A DNA stretch of 64,000 bases from positions 32,001-96,000 of the IMG/VR virus record IMGVR_UViG_3300035070_003385; one strand, 5' to 3'. The notes under the pieces are model-generated. The model saw only the letters and a list, made by a program, of their open reading frames with translations, had not been told where the DNA came from and did not search any database. How positions within the stretch are numbered: position 1 is the stretch's first letter; every line of letters starts with the position of its first letter. This stretch comes from a virus. Positions 25,564 to 35,349 of this stretch are shown one piece after another. The position numbers and the translations under genes were made by a program.

Positions 25564-25835
25564 TTCATATCCAATCCTTCTTCACAACTACAAGTATAAT
25601 ATTCTACAGTGTCTTCGGGATACCACACAATACATTCTTTAGCCACCCACTCAGTATATGGGATCAAACCTAAGAACTTGTTACGCACTTTTTGATATTC
25701 ATATGTGACACCCAAGCGAGTTACACTTTTACACTCTGGTAACAAATCCACCGGTTCGTATTCCAACCATTCAGCTGGGCAGAATTTGCTGGCATAAACT
25801 TTTTTATAGGCTTGTGCTTTACTTGTTTTACTCAT
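25560..25835 (-). CDS. Hypothetical protein
   Basis: ORF track; GAGG SD. Confidence 0.55.
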   Translation of the reverse strand: MSKTSKAQAYKKVYASKFCPAEWLEYEPVDLLPECKSVTRLGVTYEYQKVRNKFLGLIPYTEWVAKECIVWYPEDTVEYYTCSCEEGLDMK

Positions 25836-26155
25836 TTGTTTTCACCTCTAGCCATTCACGACAGATTTTAATATAATGATCTCTCTGCCACTTAACTTTC
25901 TCATGTGACAGTTCAGGACGATCAATAGCAATATATTGTATCAACTGTTCAGCAGTCAATGCTTTTGTATATGCGCTCATTACGGATTCTCTTTAATCCA
26001 AACACATTCTGAAATATCTTCAGGCGTGTCGTACATACGCTTACACTGTTCATAAGGATGACTCCAACTACCTAGTGATGTTCCGATACCAAGTGCTATA
26101 CCTATCCAAAAAAACTGCTTAAACCCTTGTTTGAAGTCACGCCAAAATGTTTTAA

Positions 26156-26404
26156 TCATTTTTCTTTCCTTACTTTAGTCCAAGGGGTTGACCACGTCAT
26201 ACACGCCCACCATAAACACAGTGATACATGAGGTCCATCATAATACATATATTCATATCCAATAAAGCGATTCTCTTTCTTTTCAATCCGGTCAAACCAA
26301 TAGAAGTAATAGAAGTAATGATCAGTTCCGAGTGTTTTCTCAGACTGCCACCATTCAATGCCATTCCATTTGAGTTTGAACTTCCAAGGATACTGTTTCA
26401 TCAT
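26156..26404 (-). CDS. Hypothetical Trp/Tyr-rich protein
   Basis: ORF track; GGAG SD. Confidence 0.55.
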   Translation of the reverse strand: MMKQYPWKFKLKWNGIEWWQSEKTLGTDHYFYYFYWFDRIEKKENRFIGYEYMYYDGPHVSLCLWWACMTWSTPWTKVRKEK

Positions 26405-26423
26405 TTTTCTCCGTAATCAACAG

Positions 26424-27095
26424 TTATTTTACAAGATTAAAGTGGCGTTCGTAAACATGTAGGTTCATTACCTGCCAAGTAAGATCACCTTTTGTGATTT
26501 CATATCCTGCTTGATGCAAATCACTAACAGCACGATCCATAAGATGTTGAGCCCAAGCATAATCGTTCTTGTAACCAAAGACTACATCATTTGATCGCAT
26601 TTGAGATACCATATGCAACTTACCATCACGGATATAGAATGTTTGTGCATTGGTACAGATGAAATCAGACTTGCCACCTTCGTTGAATTCAACCCAGATT
26701 GATGGGCGATTGTAAATCATTTGAGCACGACGGCTATCTGGATTTGCAATCAGCTCATCAATTGCGTTATAATATTGATTATAAAACTTTGGCGAATTAA
26801 CTAGGTGGCCATAGTTCGAATTAATATTACCATGTGTATCTGCTGCGTATTTCCAAGCTGCAGGTGGTTCTTTACCTGCACCATGAATATCATAAATGTT
26901 AATAGATCCGCTTTCATACCAAGCCAACTCAGCATCAATATATTCCTGTTTTGGAGTACCAAAGATTGAAGGCTCGTCGGCAATAAAACTTGCACCTAGA
27001 ATTTCAATAGTTTTCTGACCAGTTTTATCGGTCGTAAACCGTTCTGCCTTGAGTTCTTCAATAAAATAGTTACGAATATCATTTACTTTTTGCAT
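26424..27095 (-). CDS. gp42: dCMP hydroxymethyltransferase (T4 gp42-like, thymidylate synthase fold)
   Basis: DFICTNAQTFYIRDGKL...MRSNDVVFGYKNDY closely follows T4 gp42; Asp occupies the pyrimidine-specificity position where thymidylate synthases have Asn. Confidence 0.88.
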   Translation of the reverse strand: MQKVNDIRNYFIEELKAERFTTDKTGQKTIEILGASFIADEPSIFGTPKQEYIDAELAWYESGSINIYDIHGAGKEPPAAWKYAADTHGNINSNYGHLVNSPKFYNQYYNAIDELIANPDSRRAQMIYNRPSIWVEFNEGGKSDFICTNAQTFYIRDGKLHMVSQMRSNDVVFGYKNDYAWAQHLMDRAVSDLHQAGYEITKGDLTWQVMNLHVYERHFNLVK

Positions 27096-27580
27096 TATGC
27101 GTATTCCTTATAGTTAGAAAAGCTGTACTTTGTAATCTCATTATACAACTTATCGCTACGAATGTCAACAATTTTTGTAAATGTTTCTAATGGAAAAAGT
27201 GCAACCAACCTTCCATCGTGTTGATTTACAATAAATTCAAAATCGCGTTTTCCTAACGGCGCAGCTTCCCATAGGGTAACCGCGCTATCTTTGCCAGGAT
27301 TTTGAACTACGATAAGTCGTTCTACATTCATACATTTGTTGAGTTGGTTTTTTGTGATCCTACCGTTTCGCGTATTATATACAGGTATGGAAAAAGAATT
27401 AAATTTATGATATAGAGTCTCGAACTTTACTTCTGTTCGAACTCCATTGATAAACATATCTTTTTCTTGATCGTATGGATCTGTCGACATTTCAACCGTA
27501 TCGCCTTGCATCGTGAAATAGTCAGACACAACCGTTTCGGCAATGTCACCAAGAATTTTTTGTGATTTGGCTCTATTCAT
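27095..27580 (-). CDS. Hypothetical protein, possible PD-(D/E)XK nuclease
   Basis: GDIAE...KD......EVK pattern. Confidence 0.45.
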   Translation of the reverse strand: MNRAKSQKILGDIAETVVSDYFTMQGDTVEMSTDPYDQEKDMFINGVRTEVKFETLYHKFNSFSIPVYNTRNGRITKNQLNKCMNVERLIVVQNPGKDSAVTLWEAAPLGKRDFEFIVNQHDGRLVALFPLETFTKIVDIRSDKLYNEITKYSFSNYKEYA

Positions 27581-27885
27581 TTTTTAAACCTATCATCGGT
27601 AGATGGATCGCCTTCGATCGTAGTCATTACAAGGATCATCATTTGCGTAAGAGCATGCGACAAGTGTGGTAAACCGGACTCAGGGTCTTCATCTTCACCT
27701 GACATATATGCCATAAGATGTCGTTGAATAGACGAATAATGCCGAGAGACAGGAAATTTGTCAATGTCCTGCCGCCAATTGTTTTCACCATACTTTTTTG
27801 CGCCAAAGCCAAAGACCCGAGCAGCTTCAATGATAGCCTCAGGTGGTACTAAGTGGATCTTTGGTTTACCTTCGTCATACTTCAT
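27577..27885 (-). CDS. dATP/dGTP diphosphohydrolase-like (DUF5664)
   Basis: KYDEGKP..HLVP...FGAKKYGENNW...RHL...GEDEDPESGLPHLSHA. Confidence 0.85.
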   Translation of the reverse strand: MKYDEGKPKIHLVPPEAIIEAARVFGFGAKKYGENNWRQDIDKFPVSRHYSSIQRHLMAYMSGEDEDPESGLPHLSHALTQMMILVMTTIEGDPSTDDRFKK

Positions 27886-28390
27886 TACGAGAACCTCTAC
27901 CTTTAATTTCGTTATTCATTATAGGTTGAAAATGTTGGATTGATGCGTCCTCGATAATAGGAGCAATACTCAGATCACCATATTCGACCGTATTAATATA
28001 TTGTATCACAACATCCATAGAATGTAAACCATTTTGTTTTAGATATTCCCGATATTTACGACCTGAAGATTCATGCTGTTCATCAGGACGGCGGAACGAA
28101 CGAGTATGGTTACCTTGCCGCAGATGAATAGAGCTTGTCTTTCCATCGGTCTTACCAACATACAGGATTTTTCCTGTTTTCTTTTCAACCCAACGATAGA
28201 TACCCTTTGCGTAGTTTGCAGCAATGCGGTTTCCATCTTTAATGTGTGGAGTTAAAATCTCAGTTTCAAAACCAGAGTCGGTTTTTGAAAGACGGATTTC
28301 TCCATAGGATTTCGCTTCCGCCCAATAGTCTTCAATTTCGTTAAAGACAGTCTGTTCTATAATAGCGGCAAGTGATTGCAATTTAGACAC
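27875..28390 (-). CDS. GIY-YIG endonuclease (EndoII/DenA-like)
   Basis: GIYRW...LYVGKT, conserved R, C-terminal E...I..FQP.MN. Confidence 0.75.
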   Translation of the reverse strand: MSKLQSLAAIIEQTVFNEIEDYWAEAKSYGEIRLSKTDSGFETEILTPHIKDGNRIAANYAKGIYRWVEKKTGKILYVGKTDGKTSSIHLRQGNHTRSFRRPDEQHESSGRKYREYLKQNGLHSMDVVIQYINTVEYGDLSIAPIIEDASIQHFQPIMNNEIKGRGSRNEV

Positions 28391-28410
28391 TGTGAATATC
28401 CTATTTATTA

Positions 28411-28686
28411 TTAAGTACGGTTATAAACGTATACGTCAGCAGAAGTAGCCATCCCAAGTGGCAATGCTTGATGATAGCGGCGTGACTGGCGGGGTCCGCG
28501 ACCTTGTAGCTTAACGTATTTCTGTGGAGCGGAAAAGCGGTACTTACGATACTCAGCATTACGATTTTTAATAATATTGCGCATTTCTTCAACAGATTCT
28601 TTATCTTCAGGGGCGATTTGCCCATTAACCATTTTAACGGTAAAGCGGTAAGAAGTGGATGTGCGATTTGCAGACGTGATTTTCAT
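28411..28686 (-). CDS. Hypothetical early protein
   Basis: Preceded by an AAGGA SD and a TTGACA promoter. Confidence 0.65.
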   Translation of the reverse strand: MKITSANRTSTSYRFTVKMVNGQIAPEDKESVEEMRNIIKNRNAEYRKYRFSAPQKYVKLQGRGPRQSRRYHQALPLGMATSADVYVYNRT

Positions 28687-28716
28687 GTATGTATTCCTTT
28701 TTCATTTGATATATAC

Positions 28717-28745
28717 AATATAACTGATTCGCGATAAAATGTCAA
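28717..28745 (-). promoter_or_regulatory. Early promoter with GAATCAG spacer motif
   Basis: TTGACA-ttttatcgcGAATCAgt-TATATT. Confidence 0.75.
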
Positions 28746-28824
28746 TAGGTAATTTCAAAATAGCTACAAAAATCTCTAACGTCATACCGATTTACTTTGT
28801 GCATATGCGCGATTTAGATAGATT

Positions 28825-28832
28825 TATAAATA
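28825..28832 (+). promoter_or_regulatory. Late promoter TATAAATA
   Basis: Exact match upstream of the 28909 ORF. Confidence 0.6.
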
Positions 28833-28908
28833 GTTATGATCTATACAATTAGCCGTTTTGAATTATATTATTAATTATAATTATTTAGTCAAATCAGGTT
28901 TATATAAA

Positions 28909-29391
28909 ATGATTGATCCGATTACAGCAATTACCGCTGCCACCGCTGCATTTAATACAGTCAAAAAATTTGTTCACGCTGGGCAAGAATTTGAAAACGT
29001 AGCAGGACAACTTGGTAAGTGGTATACAGCAGCGGCCGACTTTAGACATGCCCAGGCTGAAAGTAAAAACCCTCCAATTTTTAAAAAATTATTTCAAGCT
29101 GGAAGCGTTGAAGAAGAAGCGTTAGCAATCTTAATTCACGAAAAAAAATTAGTTGAACAAGAAAAAGAATTAGCACAATTACTTAATATGCGTTTTGGTT
29201 GGGGTACTATGGACGAACTCAAACAAATGAGAAGAAAAATTCGTGCCCAAAGACAAGAAACAGTATATAAACAAATTGAAAGAAAAAAAGCTTTAATGGA
29301 TGGGATTGTAGTCACAATCTTAATTACACTTTGCATAGCATTAATAATAGGTGGTGGTTGGCTAATAGGAATAGGTGCAGGATTGTGGTAA
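28909..29391 (+). CDS. Coiled-coil protein with C-terminal membrane anchor
   Basis: MIDPITAITAATAAF...; hydrophobic C-terminus; start placed at 28909. Confidence 0.7.
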   Translation: MIDPITAITAATAAFNTVKKFVHAGQEFENVAGQLGKWYTAAADFRHAQAESKNPPIFKKLFQAGSVEEEALAILIHEKKLVEQEKELAQLLNMRFGWGTMDELKQMRRKIRAQRQETVYKQIERKKALMDGIVVTILITLCIALIIGGGWLIGIGAGLW

Positions 29392-29702
29392 TATTATTAC
29401 TATATTCTGTCACTCTTTCTCATGCATGGATTAACAATAGCAATACTTTAGTAAAAATATGCAGATATACTGTTGCAAACGAAACAAGCATATATACTAA
29501 ACCAAGCCACAATCCTAGACAAATATCAATACATTATATGAGCAGTTGCCCAAAGACGCTCAGAGTTAAAAAATAAGTTAAATTAATTTGTGTTGTTTCC
29601 ATTCAACTCTTATATAGTTTGCGTCGAGAATATCCCTGTATTCCATTGCATCAAGCACACAATTAAAATGTTTACCGTTAATAATGTAAAGCATTCTTAA
29701 TA

Positions 29703-29975
29703 TTAACCCCAATCCTTAAAATCTTGATTAATAGTTTCGTTATATTCATAACCTGCATAATATGCTTCTTTTTCAATAACAGTCAAATCAGTAATTTTTT
29801 CTGATCTGTTAGTTCCACCAACAAAATAATGCGGTTCACGTGAACGCCTATAATAACTATCGGCTGATCCTCGGTCGAAAGGTCCTCCATGTCTAGTATC
29901 GTCAGATCCATGTTCAACATCGTACACTCTAGATTTGAATTCATATGTTTGCGATTTTGGACAATATCTTGGCAT
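29703..29975 (-). CDS. Hypothetical protein
   Basis: RHGGPFDRGSADSYY motif; start placed at 29975 (TAATG coupling). Confidence 0.65.
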   Translation of the reverse strand: MPRYCPKSQTYEFKSRVYDVEHGSDDTRHGGPFDRGSADSYYRRSREPHYFVGGTNRSEKITDLTVIEKEAYYAGYEYNETINQDFKDWG

Positions 29976-30202
29976 TAGTAAATGACCTCCATTCCAGTAA
30001 AACCTTCTTGAGTCCAGCCACGAACGACTGCATGGGCTGCGACCATATGAATATAGTCCATATGCGGCCAATGGCCTTCTTTCAAAGCCCACGTTTTCAT
30101 ATCAGATTGAACATCAATTGATTGCTTACCTCCAACTAATTCGGGGTTAACGCGGCGGATTTCTTCTTCGATGAACATATCATCCATTATGCGTTGATTC
30201 AT
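29975..30202 (-). CDS. Hypothetical protein
   Basis: Coupled ORF. Confidence 0.6.
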   Translation of the reverse strand: MNQRIMDDMFIEEEIRRVNPELVGGKQSIDVQSDMKTWALKEGHWPHMDYIHMVAAHAVVRGWTQEGFTGMEVIY

Positions 30203-30480
30203 TATGCTGCCTCCATACCAAGATAATCTGTTTTTAAAACTTGTAGGCGGTCGTATGCGACGTTCAAGTCATGTTCAGCGGATAATATTTTCACACATTC
30301 TTCAATATGATGGAATTCATAGAAAGTTTCTAAATCCCAGGCTATATCTGAAGTGATAGAATTCCAATTAATAGAACCACCAGCGTTAATGTTTTCTTTG
30401 CTTTCAACAGCAATATCAAACGCAGCGATGATATCACTGTGGATTGCTGAACCATTTGGAAAATGTACGATTCTAGACAT
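30202..30480 (-). CDS. Hypothetical early protein
   Basis: AAAGGA SD; TTGACA-17-TATATT promoter at 30515-30543. Confidence 0.65.
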   Translation of the reverse strand: MSRIVHFPNGSAIHSDIIAAFDIAVESKENINAGGSINWNSITSDIAWDLETFYEFHHIEECVKILSAEHDLNVAYDRLQVLKTDYLGMEAA

Positions 30481-30599
30481 AAGACTGATTCCTTTTGTTT
30501 TACCTTATAGAATCAATATAAACTAATTAAAAAAGAATGTCAACAATTAATTTCAGTTATAATGCATTATTTTGTTATGATTAAAAACTTTATGATTTA

Positions 30600-30848
30600 T
30601 TAATCATAACCTCTTACCGCAACTTTATCAATATCTTCATCTTCATTTATGATCGTATCTGCACGAGCCTTGTACGCGGCTTCAAATCCTGCTTCGTGAA
30701 TATAATTTTCGTTATTACCCCAAAGCCTTTTAAAATATGAATCATAAATTTTTTCTACTTCTGAGTCAGACCATGACGAATCAATAAGTTTGCCTTTAAT
30801 CATCCAATAATAACGATTAGCTTCTTTACGAATGCGTGGGCTACACAT
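30600..30848 (-). CDS. Hypothetical protein
   Basis: GGAG SD; MCSPRIRKEANRYYW. Confidence 0.6.
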   Translation of the reverse strand: MCSPRIRKEANRYYWMIKGKLIDSSWSDSEVEKIYDSYFKRLWGNNENYIHEAGFEAAYKARADTIINEDEDIDKVAVRGYD

Positions 30849-30946
30849 AAAAAATCTCCTACCGATTATACTTTTATTTATCGGTAGGAGACATAATTGT
30901 TATAAGTATCGCGCCATGTTATCGATAACATGCAACATAATGTTAC

Positions 30947-31921
30947 TTATTTGTTTGCCACTTTTGCTTGTGTGGTTGCTAGTTCTGGGTCGCTCACTAG
31001 ACCATATTGTGCTAATGGGCCGGATGGTCCTGCAATACCATCTGCTACAAAGAAACGAACATAGTCATACAATCCTGGGATTGTGCCTGCGTGTGCGTCT
31101 TTCACATAGAAGAACAATGGACGACTAACCGGATATTCAGCACTTGCGACGGTGGCTGCGCTTGGGCGAACACCATTAATAGTTGCTACTTCAATAATGT
31201 CTGTGTTGTTTTCATAGAACGCTAGTCCAAATACACCAAATGAGTTTTGGTTAGAAGAAATATTTGCTAGTGTTTCTGTATAGTCACCGTCAATGTCAAT
31301 ACTACGACTATCTGTGCGGGTTTTAATGCACATGGATTCTGCTTCATCTTCACCGTGCGCCGCTTCAAACTTCTCAAAGTCACCTACTGCTTCACAGCCT
31401 AATAATAGAACCTTTTCTTCAAATACTTCACGTGTTCCGTGCTTGGTGCCTGGGATAAACATTTTGATTTCATATGCTGGGAAACTTGGATCCACTTGAT
31501 CCCATGTTGTTAGTTCACTGCGATTGTTGAGTGCAAGGTAGATATGCGCTGGTGTAAATGCAAACCGTTCATCTTCGATTGAGTTGGCAAATACAATACC
31601 GTCATAACCAAACATAACTTCTGTTATTTCTGTTACGCCATTGTCTGCACATACCTTTACTTCTTTTGGTTTGATAGGACGACTTGAGTTTGCAATGTCG
31701 ATTGTGTTTTCGCCTACGCCCGTGCAGAATCGTTTCATACCCGAACTTGATCCGCCTGATTCAACAACTGGTGTTGGGAAGTCAAAGTTTTCACCAAATG
31801 CTTCTGCTACGATTGAAGCATATGGTAGGACAGTCGAACTGCCTGCAATCTGAATATTGTCTCGTGCTGATACAGTTGTTGCAGCCAATGCAATCCCTGC
31901 GGCTAAAATAAGATTTTTCAA
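30947..31921 (-). CDS. pstS: Phosphate ABC transporter substrate-binding protein PstS
   Basis: Signal peptide, then ARDNIQIAGSSTVLP...GSSSG..FC...IDIANSSR...YPVSRPLFFYVK; TTG start at 31921. Confidence 0.93.
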   Translation of the reverse strand: MKNLILAAGIALAATTVSARDNIQIAGSSTVLPYASIVAEAFGENFDFPTPVVESGGSSSGMKRFCTGVGENTIDIANSSRPIKPKEVKVCADNGVTEITEVMFGYDGIVFANSIEDERFAFTPAHIYLALNNRSELTTWDQVDPSFPAYEIKMFIPGTKHGTREVFEEKVLLLGCEAVGDFEKFEAAHGEDEAESMCIKTRTDSRSIDIDGDYTETLANISSNQNSFGVFGLAFYENNTDIIEVATINGVRPSAATVASAEYPVSRPLFFYVKDAHAGTIPGLYDYVRFFVADGIAGPSGPLAQYGLVSDPELATTQAKVANK

Positions 31922-32005
31922 TTGGAATTCCTTTCCTAAAACATTAATGAGGCGGCACCCTGGCCACCCCATACTATATTATATATTATGCTTTTACTTT
32001 AATAG

Positions 32006-32046
32006 TGTAACAGCTATGTTAAAGTTCTGTAACAGGACTGTAAAAA
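32006..32046 (-). promoter_or_regulatory. Tandem Pho-box-like repeats upstream of pstS
   Basis: Four half-sites at exact 11-bp spacing (32006, 32017, 32028, 32039): CTGTTACA, CTTTAACA, CTGTTACA, TTTTTACA on the - strand. Confidence 0.7.
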
Positions 32047-32090
32047 AGAGAGTTAAACTTTTTTTCTGTTTCCTATAATAAACATTTTTG

Positions 32091-32501
32091 TTACATTGCG
32101 CAATCAAGATCCCCATGATTATCAAGATGGTCTGGTGCGCGCCACGACGCGGGTTTGACCAAGTCTGGCATTCCAAACGGATTTGGGCGACCTTCTTTAA
32201 TGCCAACTTCTTTTGCCATGTTAGCGTCGTATACACGATCCCATGCTACATTTGCGTCCACGCCAAATACATCAAGAGTGCCGATTGCAAACACACACAT
32301 ATCAATAAGGCCGTCCACAATCTCTTCAGGGTCACGTGCTTCAATAGCATCCAATGTTTCATCTAATTCTTCCTTACACATAGAGAGTCGAAACTTTAGG
32401 TATTTGTCCATAAGTTCTTGGTTATCTTTGTTGTTTTCAAACCATTCACGTACACCAAACTTGTGATGCATCATCATAATATCATTTGCCCAATCAGACA
32501 T
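32091..32501 (-). CDS. MazG-like all-alpha nucleotide pyrophosphohydrolase (candidate dCTPase)
   Basis: KFRL...KEELDE...EEIVDGLID..VFAIG...V..ANM.K. Confidence 0.75.
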   Translation of the reverse strand: MSDWANDIMMMHHKFGVREWFENNKDNQELMDKYLKFRLSMCKEELDETLDAIEARDPEEIVDGLIDMCVFAIGTLDVFGVDANVAWDRVYDANMAKEVGIKEGRPNPFGMPDLVKPASWRAPDHLDNHGDLDCAM

Positions 32502-32559
32502 AGTTAATCTCCTTCATTATATAATTTATATTACCACACTTTTGTAATATTGTCAACCT

Positions 32560-32748
32560 TTATTTAGACATCCTTAGATATTCTTCAAGAGCATTTATTT
32601 CGTCTTTTATTTTTAATTTTTCGATCTTTGCTTTTTTAATATATACTTCGGGTGATTTTTCAGATTCAAATACTTTTATTGTATTGTCTAAGTGTTTGTG
32701 GCGTTTTTTAAGCAAATTAATGCGATGAATTCTGTCTTCGTTGTTCAT
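32560..32748 (-). CDS. DUF465-like coiled-coil protein
   Basis: L..RH..LD..I......K..KLKIKDEI. Confidence 0.65.
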   Translation of the reverse strand: MNNEDRIHRINLLKKRHKHLDNTIKVFESEKSPEVYIKKAKIEKLKIKDEINALEEYLRMSK

Positions 32749-32759
32749 TTTGGTTTCTC

Positions 32760-35288
32760 CTACACAAAAAAGCTTTCAAGAGTATCCTTTTTCTCGGCAT
32801 GCCATCCTATTGCTTCAAGAATACTTTCAACTGGACTCAAGAATACTTTGTTAAATTGAGTTTCGTAATCTACATATTCATCCAATCCTAACTGTTTTGG
32901 CAATACATTTGGAAAAGAAATAATATTTTCATGAAGCGGGTTTGGAAGTTTCAGATATACGAATTTGATCTTATCACCGCTTTTTACAGCTTCATACGTT
33001 TTGTTTAGTTTTTTTTCTTTAAGAAATTTATTGTACAAGATTGCACCGCGAACATGCATAGGACAACCTTTTTTATACGTACCACTTGACATATACTTTT
33101 CAATATTGTCTGTGCCTGAATTACGACCAACTGACTCAGGAGGGAGGTTATAAAATTCTGTTCTAAAGTTTGCAATAAAGTTCTGAACGTCAGACTCGGT
33201 ACCTTGCATAATAACTTCAAAAGCTTTTTTCATTTTTTCACGGCATACTTCGGGAGTAGAAGATCGAACAGATTCCAAACCTGTTACTGAAATCTTTGGC
33301 TTTTCGTAGTGAACACCTTCAGAGTTAAGAGTATTCATAATGTAACGTTTTTTCGCGATGAATACTGACTTGTCAGTAATCTTTTCACGTTTCATTGACA
33401 TTGCTTGACGGTATGTGCCCATCTTTTTGGCAAGCTCTTTATAACCAGCCTCAATAATTGGTTCGATTTTCATTTGGCATACTTTATCAAGAAACTCTTC
33501 ACCTTTCTTACGATCAATGTCAATAGTGCCAAACGCAGACTCTACGATAGGAGCCATGTCAACGTAAATAGAGTCAGTATCAATATAAACGATATAATCA
33601 TTATCAGTTTTAAGGATTTTATTCATGTAATCGTTAACGGACTTCTGCGCGTACCGAATAGACAATTGGCCAGATGTAGTGATGGCCTCAGCCATATCGT
33701 TAATATAGTATAGAAAGTAAATGTTTGCCATTGCGCCGTAGAGTGAGTTCATACTAATTTTAATAGCCATTTGTGCATTGTGCAATTGGTTTGATTGCCG
33801 TTTTAGTCGATCCTTTTCTTTAGGGTCCGTTGCATTTTCGAGCTGTTGTTCAACCTCCAACATTTCTTTCTTGATGATCTTACGATTGCCATAGTATTCG
33901 TCAATGATTTCAGGAATGATACCAATATGTTTATTTGTAAAACACGCACCGTTTGCTGCAACAGAGACATCAGATTTTTGATTTTGGTAATTACCATCCA
34001 ATACCATGTCCTGTGAAACATAGTCACGTTCATCCTTCATATACGTTTCAGGAGACATATTGTACTGAAGCATTAGGTGTGGATACAGAGAGTTTAGATC
34101 GAAAGATACAATCCAAGGATGCATACCAACTTTTGGATCCTTTACATAACCACCAACGAGATCACCGGCACGTTGACCAGGTCCGCCTTTAATGTGTGGT
34201 ACTCTATTTTCTTGAATCAGTTTACGGTAGAGAGTGGTTTCCCAAATGCCAACCGTACCAAACGCGTCACCATAATTTACTCCGCCACCATAAGCAACCG
34301 TCATAACCAATTGGAGCAATGACGTTTCATCTTCCATTCTCTGAATGAGATGCGTATCCTTAAGGTTATAGTCAAGATACAATTGAGGGTTCTTTTCATA
34401 TAGAGTTGTAAGATCACCATATTCTGAGTAATCGAGTTTCTTTTCTCCAAGGATTACATATGCGATATGATCGAGTTTATACGACTCTTGTGGCCCGTAC
34501 TTATAACCAAACTTTTTGAACGCGTCCATATAATCAATTACTGTCATACCGGTAATTTGATAAGTGGAAGCAGGTTTTCCAAAGATTTCACGCGTTTTCA
34601 TGCGTATGTTTTTCCAAGGAGATAGCTGCTTTGCCTTTTCTTCACCAAATAATCGAATGATGCGAGTAACAACATACATAATATCAAAGTATTCAACGTT
34701 CCAACCTGTAATGACTTCAGGATAATCGTTCATCCAAATTTGAATAAACCGTTGAAGCATGGCCTCTTCAGTATCAAACTTCATAAACTGAATATCATCC
34801 GGGTCAATGCCAGTAATAGTTTTGCTCTTGTCATAATCTTTTTGGGCCAATAGATGATATGTACTTGACTTTGAAGATTTCATTGATATCGAAGTAATTA
34901 CTTTATCAGCTTCATCGATATTTGCATATCCATCGCTAATGTCAACCTCAATATCAAAAGACATAATATTAATTTTTTTCATATTAAATTTAACATTATT
35001 AGGATATTTTTGTTGAATGAATTGTGCTACGTAGTTTGTATTTCCATATAATTCAAAACCATGCACGTCCTTATGTTGTTCAATAAATTCCTTTGCTTCT
35101 GCCATAGAGAGACAGTGCCGAGGAGACAAAGGACGATTACTGATTAGAGAACGGTAATCGCCGTCTTTATCTGGTAAAAACAGAGTAGGTTTAAACTTTT
35201 CCTTGCGAGCAAACGGCTTTCCGTTTTCATATCCACGCCATAGGATATTGTTACCAAAACGTTCAACATTTGTATAAAAATTAGACAT
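32760..35288 (-). CDS. gp43: Family B DNA polymerase gp43
   Basis: FDIEV exonuclease motif, SFDLNSLYP, KISMNSLYG, YIDTDS. Confidence 0.98.
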   Translation of the reverse strand: MSNFYTNVERFGNNILWRGYENGKPFARKEKFKPTLFLPDKDGDYRSLISNRPLSPRHCLSMAEAKEFIEQHKDVHGFELYGNTNYVAQFIQQKYPNNVKFNMKKINIMSFDIEVDISDGYANIDEADKVITSISMKSSKSSTYHLLAQKDYDKSKTITGIDPDDIQFMKFDTEEAMLQRFIQIWMNDYPEVITGWNVEYFDIMYVVTRIIRLFGEEKAKQLSPWKNIRMKTREIFGKPASTYQITGMTVIDYMDAFKKFGYKYGPQESYKLDHIAYVILGEKKLDYSEYGDLTTLYEKNPQLYLDYNLKDTHLIQRMEDETSLLQLVMTVAYGGGVNYGDAFGTVGIWETTLYRKLIQENRVPHIKGGPGQRAGDLVGGYVKDPKVGMHPWIVSFDLNSLYPHLMLQYNMSPETYMKDERDYVSQDMVLDGNYQNQKSDVSVAANGACFTNKHIGIIPEIIDEYYGNRKIIKKEMLEVEQQLENATDPKEKDRLKRQSNQLHNAQMAIKISMNSLYGAMANIYFLYYINDMAEAITTSGQLSIRYAQKSVNDYMNKILKTDNDYIVYIDTDSIYVDMAPIVESAFGTIDIDRKKGEEFLDKVCQMKIEPIIEAGYKELAKKMGTYRQAMSMKREKITDKSVFIAKKRYIMNTLNSEGVHYEKPKISVTGLESVRSSTPEVCREKMKKAFEVIMQGTESDVQNFIANFRTEFYNLPPESVGRNSGTDNIEKYMSSGTYKKGCPMHVRGAILYNKFLKEKKLNKTYEAVKSGDKIKFVYLKLPNPLHENIISFPNVLPKQLGLDEYVDYETQFNKVFLSPVESILEAIGWHAEKKDTLESFFV

Positions 35289-35349
35289 GCGTATCCTTTA
35301 ATAATATATAAAACCATAATACCACTGAATGGTACATATGTCAACTAAT

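Noticed and set aside
26424-27095. Calling this ORF thymidylate synthase (thyA)
   Set aside because: It has the gp42-type CTN and RSND...ND signature instead of the PCH and FN motifs of thymidylate synthase
27875-28390. GIY-YIG gene as a mobile homing endonuclease or intron ORF
   Set aside because: Short single-domain protein with no DNA-binding tail and no flanking intron core; its context fits an EndoII-like role better
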